Positions 1-9,454 of a stretch of 64,000 nt of DNA are shown in pieces. Position 1 is the stretch's first letter. Every line of letters starts with the position of its first letter. The DNA is from Hyalangium minutum (GTDB lineage Bacteria; Myxococcota; Myxococcia; Myxococcales; Myxococcaceae). The notes beneath the pieces are model-generated. The model did not search any database, had not been told where the DNA came from, and worked only from the letters and a program-made list of their open reading frames with translations. The DNA is taken from assembly GCF_000737315.1 (NCBI RefSeq), contig NZ_JMCB01000006.1:973820-1037819 (forward strand), read 5' to 3'. The position numbers were made by a program, and so were the translations under genes.

Positions 1-448
1 CCTGCCATCGCTCCGCACCTTCTTTCGGAAGATGGAACAGCTCCTCCATCCTTCGGGGCGCCGTCCAGCCACTCTCCGGCCCGTGATACAGCACTACGGG
101 AATCACCACGGGCAGCGCTTCGCTGTCCGGGTGCCGTTGAAGCCAGTGCTCCAGCTGGCGCACCACGTAGCGCAGCATTCGGAAGGCCATCCATCGGTCT
201 ACCGAGGACTGGTGCTCCAGCAGGAAGTAGAGCAGCACGGGCTGCCCGCAATGGAGCCGGGCCGAGAACAGCAAGTCGCTCTGGCTCTCACGCAGCTTGG
301 GGTCCACCACGGTCCCCGACTCATGCTGGAGCGTAGACCAGTCCACCCGGGCAGCCACTTCGGGTGGCAACACGGCTCTCAGCTCCGCCGCTGCCCGCTC
401 GGGGTGACTGAAGGTGTAGCGCGCGAACAAGTCATGAGGCCCCGGCAT
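1..448 (-). CDS. Rpn family recombination-promoting nuclease / YhgA-like putative transposase (runs off the window start)
   Basis: Manual translation of the minus strand from ATG at 448: MPGPHDLFARYTFSHPERAAAELRAVLP...ESQSDLLFSARL...LYFLLEHQSSVDRWMAFRMLRYVVRQ...IPVVLYHG. These are Rpn/Transposase_31 PD-(D/E)xK motifs. The gene is absent from the ORF track because it has no stop in the window. Confidence 0.9.
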   Translation of the reverse strand, partial: MPGPHDLFARYTFSHPERAAAELRAVLPPEVAARVDWSTLQHESGTVVDPKLRESQSDLLFSARLHCGQPVLLYFLLEHQSSVDRWMAFRMLRYVVRQLEHWLQRHPDSEALPVVIPVVLYHGPESGWTAPRRMEELFHLPKEGAERWQ

Positions 449-599
449 TGCCAGCGCGGTACAGCATGTCGCGTGCCAACACGGCGGGACTGAGGGGCAC
501 GGACTAAACGCCCGTGGTTCCTCGGACAGACGAGAGGACCGAGGGCCTGTCCTCGCGCCACAATTCTCGCGCGGTGGACGGTGAGTCCGGCGAGGGAGA

Positions 600-674
600 C
601 GCTGAACTCCTTGTCGGCGCCACCCTCCGGGAAGGTTCTGGCTAAACCTGTCCGACAAGTAGACCGGTTCAGCG
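600..674. repeat. Nested imperfect inverted repeat (stem-loop / REP- or attC-like)
   Basis: CGCTGAAC (600-607) pairs with GTTCAGCG (667-674). TTGTCGG (611-617) pairs with CCGACAA (652-658). Confidence 0.45.
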
Positions 675-698
675 GAGTCCCGCAGGGACGGCGGCGGC

Positions 699-3600
699 TC
701 AGGGCAGCGTCACCTCGTAGTACGTGCGTTTCTCTCCGGGTCGCTCACCCGGCCAGACCGCCCAGCCTTCCCAGGCGCCGCCCTGCTTGCGCAGGCACCG
801 TGTGTGGACGCGCATGCGCTTCAGGTCGCGCTGAACCTCCAGCAGGTTGAACAGGCGCGGAACGGACTCGGGACGGTGGTGGGTGGGAGCACCGAAGCTC
901 CCTGCGCCCACGACATGGAGCCGCCGTCCCGGATGCAGGTAATTCACCAGGTCGGCTCGATCCTCGTGCACGTGTCCGTGGAGACAGGCGCGGATGTCCG
1001 CCTGCAGCAACCGGCCCATGAAAGAGTCCGCCTGGATCTTCTCGTTGCCCGTGATGGGGTGGTGCCACACCGCGATTCGCAGCACCTGGGCGTCCTCCTG
1101 AAGCTCACCCCGCTTCCGTGCTCCGGCCAGCTCGAGGTGGGCGGCCTCGAGGCCACGGGAGAGGGCCCGCTCGGAGATGCTGGAGCGCTCGGTGAAGTAC
1201 TCGTCGATCTCCCAGGCCGAGTTCATGGCCAGGAACTGGATGCGCGACTCGCTGAAGAAGAAGGAGAGGCACTGCTCCTCGGACGCCAGCGGGTACGGCC
1301 GCTGCATGAGCGGGTGGTAGAAGTGCTGGGAGAAGTTCTTGAAGCGCTCCGGATACTTCGCCTCGTCCCGCAGGTAGTACCCGTCACCGTCCTCCTTGTA
1401 CGTGCCCGGCACGAGCGCGCGGGCGTCCACCTGGCGCTTCTTCTTCCGGGTGTACACCTCCGTGTCCCAGTCCAGGTCGTGATTGCCCGGCACGAGGATG
1501 CAGCGCTCGGACGTGAGACCGAACCGCTCGATGAGCGAGGACACGAACTCGCGCGCCTTCTCGAACTCCTGGGGTGAGGCCCTGTTGGTGAGGTCTCCCG
1601 AGATGACCAAATAGTCCAGCCTGTCCACCCCGAGCCCGTCGTACCGGTCCTTCAGGTCCGCATCCAGCGGCTGGAGCAGGCTCAAGGGATCCTGCGTGGC
1701 GCCCACATGGAGATCGCTCAGGTGGAGGATGCGCAGCGGGGTGTCAGCGGAGGTTTTCACGGTCTTGGCCTCGGTGATGCTCACCCTCGTCTCGGTGATG
1801 TTTTGGGAGCGCTGCTCTTGAATGTCGGTGCGCAGCGCTCGGACCTGCTGGTGCAGCTCGGGGTTGCGCTCGCGTGCCTGTTGGGCGCCCAGCGTCAGCG
1901 GTGTCCGGCGATCGCACACGGGGCATCCAATGTCCGAGTGGCCCACGTGGAGCCGCTCCCGGACGACGTCCTCGGCGAACACCCGGCCACACGTGCAGGT
2001 GATACTCAGCCGCTCCAGCAGCTCCACCCCCTGCTCGCGCAGGTGCTCCTCGATGATGTTCACGAACAGCGCGCGGGTGGTGGTGGGCGTCTCCGGATCG
2101 AAGTAGACGTCGAGCCGTGCGTGGCCACGAGCCCCCTGGCGGCCCTCACGCACTCGGCGGACGCCCGAGCTCTCCTGGCCTGCAAGGCTGAACTCGGCCC
2201 GGTCTTGCCACAGCCGCATGGGACCAAACCGGCGGCTCAGCGCGAGCGAGGTGACCAGCGAGGCGTAGATGTTGTCGATGGGGCCGGAGAAGTCGTAGTG
2301 CAGCGAGATGGCGTGCGGGAAGTCCTGGCCTGCCTCCTGCTGCGTCGGGCGGAAGAGCGAGGGGAAGATGAGCAGCCCCTCATGGCGCAAGCAGAGCCCG
2401 TGCTCGAGCAGCAGCTCGATGACGCAGTCGAGCACCAACAGCTCCTGGTCGCGAGGCAGGCGCTCCGCGGCGGCGAGGCGCGGGAACTTCATGGCTGGGG
2501 AGAGCACCTTGGCCACGTCGATGGCGGGCACTCCGTGGGGATTGTCTCGCGCGGCGAGGATGAGCGAGCCGGCGTAGCGCTCCACCTGCTCCACTTCGAG
2601 GACGAGGACGCGGGTGCCGTCGGCCAGCCGTGTGTCGGCGACACGCCCCTGACGGGCGAGCGGTCCCACGACGGAGCGGAGCACCTCCGGGTCGAAGTCG
2701 TTGCCCATCTCCCGCCGCAGCTCGGCCTCCAGCTGCGAGAAGGTGAGCACCACGTGCCGGGCTTCGCGCAGCTGCTGCAGGTGCTGGCGCATGCGCTGGA
2801 AGAGCTCCGGGCGACTGACCTGCTCGATGCTGTTCCAGTCGATGGCCTCGGCCAGCGCGGCCTTCAGCTCGGGGATGCCCTGGCCCGTCTTGGCACTGGT
2901 GGACAGATAGGAGGTGAACTGGCAGCGCTGCACCAGCCGCTCGATGGCGGGCAGATCCACCGGCGAGTCCAGGCTGTCCACCTTGCTGCCCACCAGGAGC
3001 TTGCGGATGTTCCGGGTGCCGGTGTGCGCCAGGAGGCGCTGGTTCCAGCCTTCGATTTCCTCCAGGGCCCGCTCGCCGCGTCCCGGCTCCATGACCATCA
3101 CGGCAGCGGTCGAGTCCCGCAGGAAGAGCTGATGCACGAGCTGGTACTCGTTCTGTCCTCCCATGTCCCAGAGGATGAGCTCGCGCCGCGTCTGGGCGCT
3201 GGTGGGGTCCGAGCGCTGGGGCTCCGCCGGGAGGGACCAGAACCGCATCCCGTGGGTGGACTCCATCTCTTCGTAGCGATCCTGAGCCATGCGCAGCGCG
3301 AGGCTGCTCTTTCCCGCGCGCCCTTCCCCCACGAGCACCACCTTCGCGCTGACCTCGTGGACGGTGGCGGACGGAGGCTTGGCTCTCAAGAGAGTGTCCG
3401 CGTCGATGTCCCAGAGAAAAAGGCTGCGGAAGTCTGGTCCCACGGAGGCCAAGATGTTGCGCGTGGGAGAGAAAGCCACTCCCCGAGTCAGGAATTTCTT
3501 CGAGGAGGGGGACTGGAAGCGTGCCACTATCTCCCAGGTATCGGTGCGGAACAGGAGAATGTCTCCAGTCGTCGAATGGGAGGCGAGCAGGCGGCCATCT

Positions 3601-5504
3601 GCGGAGAACGAGACGGACAGCACCGAGGCTGTGTGGCCTTCCAATCGCGTCACTGTGCGGTCTTGCTCGGCATTCAAGACATGGATGCCGCCATCTGCCG
3701 TCGCTAGTGCCAAAAGCGGTGAGTGCGGCCTCCAAGTTAGGTCGAGCACCCCGAAGCCCTGCATTGAAGATGCAAGCGTGGGCACGAACCGGTTATCCAC
3801 TTCGCTCAGCCGCCAGAGGATGAGACAGGACCCACCTTGGGCATTAATAAAGCCGCAGGCTAGGATGGGTGCATCGGGAGCCCAACCCAAGCAACTCACA
3901 GGCTCGAGCGGTGCTGGCCTTGTGAGTTCACCCAGGAACTTGCGGGTGGGCGTGTTCCAGATGCGCAGGTTTCCCTGCCCGACATCAGCGGCGAGCCAAC
4001 CTAATGAAGAGCAGGCGAGTCTGTTCCCGTCACCGGCTGGGAGTAGCTCGACCTCGATGTCGCTGGGGGTCCCTTTCGTGTGCAAGAGCCGGAGAGCACG
4101 TTTGGAGCGCGAGAGAAGGGTTTCTCCGTCCGGCGTGAAGCAGAGGTCCGTAACGACGGTCGTGTGAGCAGATGCTATCCAGGAAGGGATCTGCTCTGCG
4201 AGGGGCCAGTACGCCAGATGCCCTTGTTCGCACCCAATTGCCAGCGCATCGCCGGATGGACTCCAGGCCAGCCGGCTTACGGTTTGGCGGCCCGTCCCCA
4301 GCACTTGGCGAAGCCGGATCCCCAATGGGAGCGGAGAGGGTTCTGGCATATCCTCCCGGATCCAGGGGGCCTGCGAGGAACTGTTCCTGGGAGACGGTAC
4401 GTCTTCCGGAGGCGTGCGCGTCAACAGAGGGAACCAGAGTGGAGAATCCGTGCGGTTCTCACCAGTCAGCTCACTGGGATATTGGATCAGCGCAGCCAGG
4501 GGTATGGAAGTTGTGTCGGGCTCCCAGCTCCATTTAGCTTGGAGCGTGGTGAACAGTTCCTCCTGCGAGGAGAGGGGGCGGGAATGAAGCCGGAGCTTGG
4601 ACTTGTAGATTTCTCCCACGGCGTATCCCCAAAAAAAAGTGTCGGCTCCTGTCTCCCCGAAGAGCGACAAAGCCTGCACTGCTCGAGCCCAGTGGGAGTA
4701 TTGGGGAGGATCGGGCCAGGGTTCCCTCCACCCTGTTATGTCGAACCCACCGCACAGGTGCAGGAAAGGACGGCCTGAGGGGCCAAGTCTCTCGTGCAGG
4801 CGTGCGAGGGACTTGGATCTCAAGACTCCCGGTGGAGCATGCGTCAGCAGCAGGATCAGCTCATGCTGATGCGCCCAACGTTGGAGGTCGTGGCCAGTGG
4901 CAGCCTCCGCTTGCTCTACGTTGATTTCTCGCTGGCTCTCACTGCTGTCTGTACCAGGCTCGAAGACAGAGTTGAGACCGATAACGCCGATCTTCCATTC
5001 GCCCGCCTTCACTGTCGTAGAGAAGTCTCCGGGTAGGAAACCGTTCCGCAGCTGGATCAAAGGTGAGTGCAGGCGTTGCTGCTGGGAAGCCCACTCTGTG
5101 TAGGCTTGGAACGCGCCGCTGACGACGTGTGTGGAGGAAGGACTTACGGCATGGCTGAAGGTTTTGGGAAACTGAGAAGCAGTGGTGCGGAGGAACAGGC
5201 TCGAGGAAGCATCACGCGGCGCAAAGTCTGATTCCCCAGGGACCGCGAGTAGCAAGGGATTCGAACCCAGGCTTCGAAAGTAGTCCCACAAGGAGTTCAG
5301 CGTGGAATTCAATAGCGCGAACTCACGGGGGCTGCCCGTCTGCGTCAGATTCCCAGTGAGGAACACCACGTCCCAAGGCCCGGCTTGGTCGTGGAGCTTG
5401 CGCAGATCGGTTTCAAGGGCCTCGCGGAACTCGGGGCGCATCAGCCGCGAGCCGTGGGGCCCGAAGAGAAGATCCGACAGGTGAAGCCAGCTGAACCGCG
5501 ACAC
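699..5504 (-). CDS. Roco-type multidomain protein: degenerate metallophosphoesterase, WD40 repeats, Roc GTPase, COR, Zn ribbon, active calcineurin-like metallophosphoesterase
   Basis: N-terminus WLHLSDL..GNLT..VPGESD (degenerate MPE). WD40-like repeats (LAWSPSG, LCFTPDG, LEGHTASVLSVSFSADG). GTPase motifs GEGRAGKSS, WDMGGQ, SKVD, SAKTG. CTCG...CPVC. C-terminus LHLSDLH, GDLT, PGNHD, WHH, HGHVH. Confidence 0.85.
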   Translation of the reverse strand: MSRFSWLHLSDLLFGPHGSRLMRPEFREALETDLRKLHDQAGPWDVVFLTGNLTQTGSPREFALLNSTLNSLWDYFRSLGSNPLLLAVPGESDFAPRDASSSLFLRTTASQFPKTFSHAVSPSSTHVVSGAFQAYTEWASQQQRLHSPLIQLRNGFLPGDFSTTVKAGEWKIGVIGLNSVFEPGTDSSESQREINVEQAEAATGHDLQRWAHQHELILLLTHAPPGVLRSKSLARLHERLGPSGRPFLHLCGGFDITGWREPWPDPPQYSHWARAVQALSLFGETGADTFFWGYAVGEIYKSKLRLHSRPLSSQEELFTTLQAKWSWEPDTTSIPLAALIQYPSELTGENRTDSPLWFPLLTRTPPEDVPSPRNSSSQAPWIREDMPEPSPLPLGIRLRQVLGTGRQTVSRLAWSPSGDALAIGCEQGHLAYWPLAEQIPSWIASAHTTVVTDLCFTPDGETLLSRSKRALRLLHTKGTPSDIEVELLPAGDGNRLACSSLGWLAADVGQGNLRIWNTPTRKFLGELTRPAPLEPVSCLGWAPDAPILACGFINAQGGSCLILWRLSEVDNRFVPTLASSMQGFGVLDLTWRPHSPLLALATADGGIHVLNAEQDRTVTRLEGHTASVLSVSFSADGRLLASHSTTGDILLFRTDTWEIVARFQSPSSKKFLTRGVAFSPTRNILASVGPDFRSLFLWDIDADTLLRAKPPSATVHEVSAKVVLVGEGRAGKSSLALRMAQDRYEEMESTHGMRFWSLPAEPQRSDPTSAQTRRELILWDMGGQNEYQLVHQLFLRDSTAAVMVMEPGRGERALEEIEGWNQRLLAHTGTRNIRKLLVGSKVDSLDSPVDLPAIERLVQRCQFTSYLSTSAKTGQGIPELKAALAEAIDWNSIEQVSRPELFQRMRQHLQQLREARHVVLTFSQLEAELRREMGNDFDPEVLRSVVGPLARQGRVADTRLADGTRVLVLEVEQVERYAGSLILAARDNPHGVPAIDVAKVLSPAMKFPRLAAAERLPRDQELLVLDCVIELLLEHGLCLRHEGLLIFPSLFRPTQQEAGQDFPHAISLHYDFSGPIDNIYASLVTSLALSRRFGPMRLWQDRAEFSLAGQESSGVRRVREGRQGARGHARLDVYFDPETPTTTRALFVNIIEEHLREQGVELLERLSITCTCGRVFAEDVVRERLHVGHSDIGCPVCDRRTPLTLGAQQARERNPELHQQVRALRTDIQEQRSQNITETRVSITEAKTVKTSADTPLRILHLSDLHVGATQDPLSLLQPLDADLKDRYDGLGVDRLDYLVISGDLTNRASPQEFEKAREFVSSLIERFGLTSERCILVPGNHDLDWDTEVYTRKKKRQVDARALVPGTYKEDGDGYYLRDEAKYPERFKNFSQHFYHPLMQRPYPLASEEQCLSFFFSESRIQFLAMNSAWEIDEYFTERSSISERALSRGLEAAHLELAGARKRGELQEDAQVLRIAVWHHPITGNEKIQADSFMGRLLQADIRACLHGHVHEDRADLVNYLHPGRRLHVVGAGSFGAPTHHRPESVPRLFNLLEVQRDLKRMRVHTRCLRKQGGAWEGWAVWPGERPGEKRTYYEVTLP

Positions 5505-5530
5505 GTTGCCTCCGAGTCCCTACACCTACG

Positions 5531-6250
5531 TCAGAACCGCCCGGCCAGTCCCCCGAGGAGCCCTCCTTGGGGCGTCACGCTCACCACGGGCATGAGCCGG
5601 ACCTTCGAGCGGGCTTGGAGCTCCAACTGGGAGCGCTGCATGGCCATACTGTGAGTCAGTTCGTAGGCCGTCACCGCGAAGAGCACCGGGGTCAAGGTCA
5701 GCCCCAGAATGAGTCCCGCCGTGCTCTGGGTGGCCACGCCGATGCCCGCGCCCACCGCTGAGCCCGCCAACGCGGCGAAGAACGTCACCAGCCCGTCTCC
5801 CTCGCCTCCCGTCATCCTCCCCACGAGGCTCACACCCAGGGTGACTCCCACGGCGTAGGACACGGACAGGGACGCGCCAATGGCGACGCCGCAAGCGGGC
5901 TTCTCGTCCGACGTCGCGCAGACGGGCAACGCGAGGATGGCCGTCGGGATGGTGCCCACGATGGCCCCCGCCAGTCCCATGATGACGCTGCTCCACGGCA
6001 TGATGACCAGCCGCAGCGCGGATTGATCCGGCTCGCCCCGTTGCCCCAGCAGCCGCCGCGGGATGAGCTCGCCCTTGGGCGGTGTCTCGGCGGGCGGCGG
6101 AGGAGGAGGCGGCTCCGCCGGAACGAGCGGCGGTGGCGGGAGCGCCTCCGTCGCAGGCGGCGTGTAGGGCGTCCACTCCTCGGAGGTCTGGGCGAACCCC
6201 AGGCCTGGGACAAGCAGCGTCAGGCACAGCACGAGGCGCGCAGGGCTCAT
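5531..6250 (-). CDS. Secreted/membrane hypothetical protein (Pro-rich linker, Gly-zipper helices)
   Basis: Signal peptide, poly-Pro, several hydrophobic Gly-rich helices, and a C-terminal VMPVVSV..GGLAGRF strand typical of myxobacterial proteins. Confidence 0.65.
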   Translation of the reverse strand: MSPARLVLCLTLLVPGLGFAQTSEEWTPYTPPATEALPPPPLVPAEPPPPPPPAETPPKGELIPRRLLGQRGEPDQSALRLVIMPWSSVIMGLAGAIVGTIPTAILALPVCATSDEKPACGVAIGASLSVSYAVGVTLGVSLVGRMTGGEGDGLVTFFAALAGSAVGAGIGVATQSTAGLILGLTLTPVLFAVTAYELTHSMAMQRSQLELQARSKVRLMPVVSVTPQGGLLGGLAGRF

Positions 6251-6362
6251 GCCTCCCAGCCTACCGAAACCGCGCCCCCCTGCGGGGTGTCTTGGGAAGC
6301 AACCCCAGAGGCGCTAGCCTCGGACCCGGCCGGTGGAGATGCGCCGCCACCCGGGTTCTCCC

Positions 6363-7991
6363 ATGTCGTCGTTCTTCCTCGCCTCGTCCGTGGTCGCCCT
6401 CCTGGTGGCGCTCTTCAACGCGCTGCTGGCCGGCTACGTGCTCGCCTCCGGCTGGAGCGATGCCCGCAAGCGCCTCTTCGCCGTGGGCCCCGTGGGCGTG
6501 ACGCTGTTCGCCCTCTCCTGGTTCGTCCTCTTGCTGGACCCCAACACCCGCGAGCCCGTGAGCGCCACCGCCTCCTTCGCGGCGCTGCTGGCCGTCTCGG
6601 GCTTCGCGGGGGATGCCTTGATGGACCTCGGTCCATCCCGGGTGCGCCGGTGGCTGGTGCTGGTGCTGCTCCTGGGAGGGCTGGGGCTCTCCGGGCTCGC
6701 CACCTTCGTGACGGCGACCACCCACCTCCCGCTGGCGCCGGTGCTGCTGCAATTGCTCGGACTGGGCACGGTGGTCTTCATCGGCGCCGTGCGCCTGCTG
6801 CTCTGCCGCAGTGAGAACGCGGCCATCCGGCGGCTCTCGCGGCACGTGGTCGCCGTGGTCGTCGCCTCGCTGCTCGTGTGTGCGATCCGCGAGGGCGTCG
6901 AGCTGCTGAAGGGCAGCGTCTCCGGCGCGGCCATCATCCTGTGCACCATCCTCGCCGCGGAGATGATGACGCTCAGCTACATCCTCCACGATCGCGTGGA
7001 TGTGCGCCCGCCCGTCACGCGCGCGGTCACCCATGCGCTGCTCGCCATCGCGTCGGCGTTCACCGTCATCGCGGTGCTGCGGGCGCTGGGTTACTCGGTG
7101 GATCTGGGCCAGGTGGCCATCACCGTGGGCGTGGCGCTGCTGGCCTCGCTGCTCTTCGTGGGGCTGGGAGATCCGCTCAGCCGGTGGCTCGAGTTCCTCC
7201 TGTTCCCCAAGCAGGCGCGGCTCACGGGGCTGCTGTCCGCCTCTCGCTCCGAGGCCGCCGCGCTGCGCAGCCGGCTGGAGCGCGCCGAGCGGCTCGCCAT
7301 CGCCGGAGAGCTGGCTGCCTCCGTGGCCCATGAAATCAAGAACCCGCTGGCGGCCCTGCGCGGCTACGCGGAGCTGCTCGGGGACTACCGCGCCCACGTC
7401 GCCTCCGAGCAGCGCGAGCGCTTCGAGAAGGCGGTGCGCATCATCCGCGAGGAGAGCGATCGCATCGACTCCAAGGTGCAGGAGCTGCTGAGCCTCGGGA
7501 GGGCGCCGAAGGGCCGCCTGGAGGGAAAGCCCCTGGACGTGTCCCGTGTCACCCTGGAGGCGGTGGCGGTGGCCGAGGGCGAGGTGGACATTCCTCCCAT
7601 CACCGCGAGGCTCGATCCGGCGCTGAGGGTGGTGGGTGACGAGGACGAGCTGCGGGGCGTGCTGCTGAACCTGCTGAAGAACGCCGCCGACGCGATGCGG
7701 GGGCGCCCCGGCGGCCGCATCGAAGTGGTGGCCCGGAGCGAGGAGGCTCAGGTGGTGATCGAGGTGCGCGATGAGGGCACGGGGCTCGGCGGGGTGGACC
7801 GCGAGCAACTCTTCCGGCCGTTCTACACGACGAAGCAGGGCGGCACGGGGCTGGGGCTGGCCATCTCGCGCTCGGCCATCGAGGCAGCGGGAGGCCGCCT
7901 GAGCCTGGTGCCCCGTGAGGACAAGACGGGCGCGGTGGCCCGGGTGGTGCTGCCCGTGGCCGTAGCCGAGGCGCGGGAGGTGTCGCGATGA
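6363..7991 (+). CDS. Membrane sensor histidine kinase
   Basis: Many TM segments, H-box VAHEIKNPL, N-box NLLKNAADA, DEGTG, FYTTK, GTGLGL. Likely start at ATG 6363. Confidence 0.92.
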   Translation: MSSFFLASSVVALLVALFNALLAGYVLASGWSDARKRLFAVGPVGVTLFALSWFVLLLDPNTREPVSATASFAALLAVSGFAGDALMDLGPSRVRRWLVLVLLLGGLGLSGLATFVTATTHLPLAPVLLQLLGLGTVVFIGAVRLLLCRSENAAIRRLSRHVVAVVVASLLVCAIREGVELLKGSVSGAAIILCTILAAEMMTLSYILHDRVDVRPPVTRAVTHALLAIASAFTVIAVLRALGYSVDLGQVAITVGVALLASLLFVGLGDPLSRWLEFLLFPKQARLTGLLSASRSEAAALRSRLERAERLAIAGELAASVAHEIKNPLAALRGYAELLGDYRAHVASEQRERFEKAVRIIREESDRIDSKVQELLSLGRAPKGRLEGKPLDVSRVTLEAVAVAEGEVDIPPITARLDPALRVVGDEDELRGVLLNLLKNAADAMRGRPGGRIEVVARSEEAQVVIEVRDEGTGLGGVDREQLFRPFYTTKQGGTGLGLAISRSAIEAAGGRLSLVPREDKTGAVARVVLPVAVAEAREVSR

Positions 7992-9433
7992 GCGAGCAGA
8001 CAGCAGAGGCAGCAGGGGCTGAGGTGGCGGTCGTCGAGGACGAGCGCAACCTGCGCGAGCTGTATGTGGACGTGCTGAGCGCGCGGGGCCTGCGCGTGGC
8101 GCCGCTGGAGTCCGTGGCGGCGGCGACGGCGTACCTCTCGCGGCGGGCGCCGGACTTGCTGATCCTCGATGTGAAGCTGGGCGATGGGGATGGGCTGGTG
8201 CTGCTGGACACGCTGCGAGGGCAGGGGCTGCGCACCCCGGTCATCGTGGCGACGGCGTTCGGTACGGTGGAGCGGGCGGTGCAAGCGCTCCGAGCCGGCG
8301 CGGCGGACTTCCTGGTGAAGCCGTTCACCAACGAGCGGCTCGTCTCCGCCGTGGGGGCCGCGCTGGAGTCCGGGAGGCGCTGGGAGGAGCTGGAGCTGGC
8401 GGCGCCCAAGATTGAAGAGAAGAAGGCGTCCGGTGGAGAGCTGATCGGCACCGAGGGAGGGCTCAAGGATGTGGCGGCGCTGCTGCCCCGGGTGGCGGCC
8501 TCGGAGGCCACGGTGCTGGTGCGCGGTGAGTCCGGCACAGGCAAGGAGCTGGTGGCCCGCGCCATCCACAGGGCCTCGCCCCGGATGGATGGGCCATTCG
8601 TGTCTGTGAACTGCGCGGCGCTGCCGTCCTCGCTGCTGGAGTCCGAGCTGTTCGGCTTCGAGCGCGGCGCCTTCACCGGAGCGCACGCCCGGCGCAAGGG
8701 CCTCATCGAGGCGGCGGAGGGCGGCACGCTCTTCCTGGACGAGATCGGCGACATGTCGCTGGATGCCCAGGCCCGGCTGCTGCGGGTGCTGCAGGAGCGC
8801 GAGATCACCCGGATTGGTGGACGTGAGGCGGTGCGGGTGGACATCCGCGTCATCTCCGCCACCCACAGAGACCTGGACGCGATGGCCGCGAGCGGGCAGT
8901 TCCGCGCGGATCTCCTCTATCGGTTGGCGGTCATCCCCATCCGGCTGCCCCCGTTGCGCGAGCGGGCCGGAGACATCCCTGGCCTCATCGACCACCTGTT
9001 GGAGAAGCACGCGGCGCGCCAGGGCCAGCGGGCACCCCGGCCCGACGCGGAGATGCTGCGGCGTGCGACGGAATACCCCTGGCCCGGCAACGTGCGCGAG
9101 CTGGAGAACTTCGTCGCGCGAGCGGTGGTGCTCGGCCGCTTCGACACGGAGTCACTCCGCGTGACAGCGCAGCCTACGAAGGCCGCTCCGCCCGCCGAGC
9201 CGGTGCCGCCCCACGAGGAGGCGTCAGCGCCCACGCCTCCGAGCCCCGAGTCTTCCTCCGTGCCCACGCTGCGCGAGGCGGTGGCGCGGGCCGAGCGCGC
9301 CGCGGTCATCGCCGCGCTGAAGGCCGCCGGGGGCCAGAAGACGGTGGCCGCCCGGCTGCTCGGGGTGAGCTACAAGACCCTCTTCAACAAGATCCACGAG
9401 CACGGCATCCGCGAAGAGGTGCACATCGCGTGA
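7988..9433 (+). CDS. Sigma-54-dependent (NtrC-family) response regulator
   Basis: REC domain, GESGTGKE, GAFTGA, LFLDEIGD, WPGNVREL and a C-terminal Fis HTH. Overlaps the kinase stop (ATGA). Confidence 0.95.
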   Translation: MSEQTAEAAGAEVAVVEDERNLRELYVDVLSARGLRVAPLESVAAATAYLSRRAPDLLILDVKLGDGDGLVLLDTLRGQGLRTPVIVATAFGTVERAVQALRAGAADFLVKPFTNERLVSAVGAALESGRRWEELELAAPKIEEKKASGGELIGTEGGLKDVAALLPRVAASEATVLVRGESGTGKELVARAIHRASPRMDGPFVSVNCAALPSSLLESELFGFERGAFTGAHARRKGLIEAAEGGTLFLDEIGDMSLDAQARLLRVLQEREITRIGGREAVRVDIRVISATHRDLDAMAASGQFRADLLYRLAVIPIRLPPLRERAGDIPGLIDHLLEKHAARQGQRAPRPDAEMLRRATEYPWPGNVRELENFVARAVVLGRFDTESLRVTAQPTKAAPPAEPVPPHEEASAPTPPSPESSSVPTLREAVARAERAAVIAALKAAGGQKTVAARLLGVSYKTLFNKIHEHGIREEVHIA

Positions 9434-9454
9434 GGCCGTGCTCGCGGCCTGTCA

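Noticed and set aside
32-493. 153-aa plus-strand ORF
   Set aside because: Antisense shadow of the Rpn gene on the minus strand.
4631-4638. A8 homopolymer in the Roco gene
   Set aside because: In frame and short, within an AT-richer segment. Not enough to claim phase variation.
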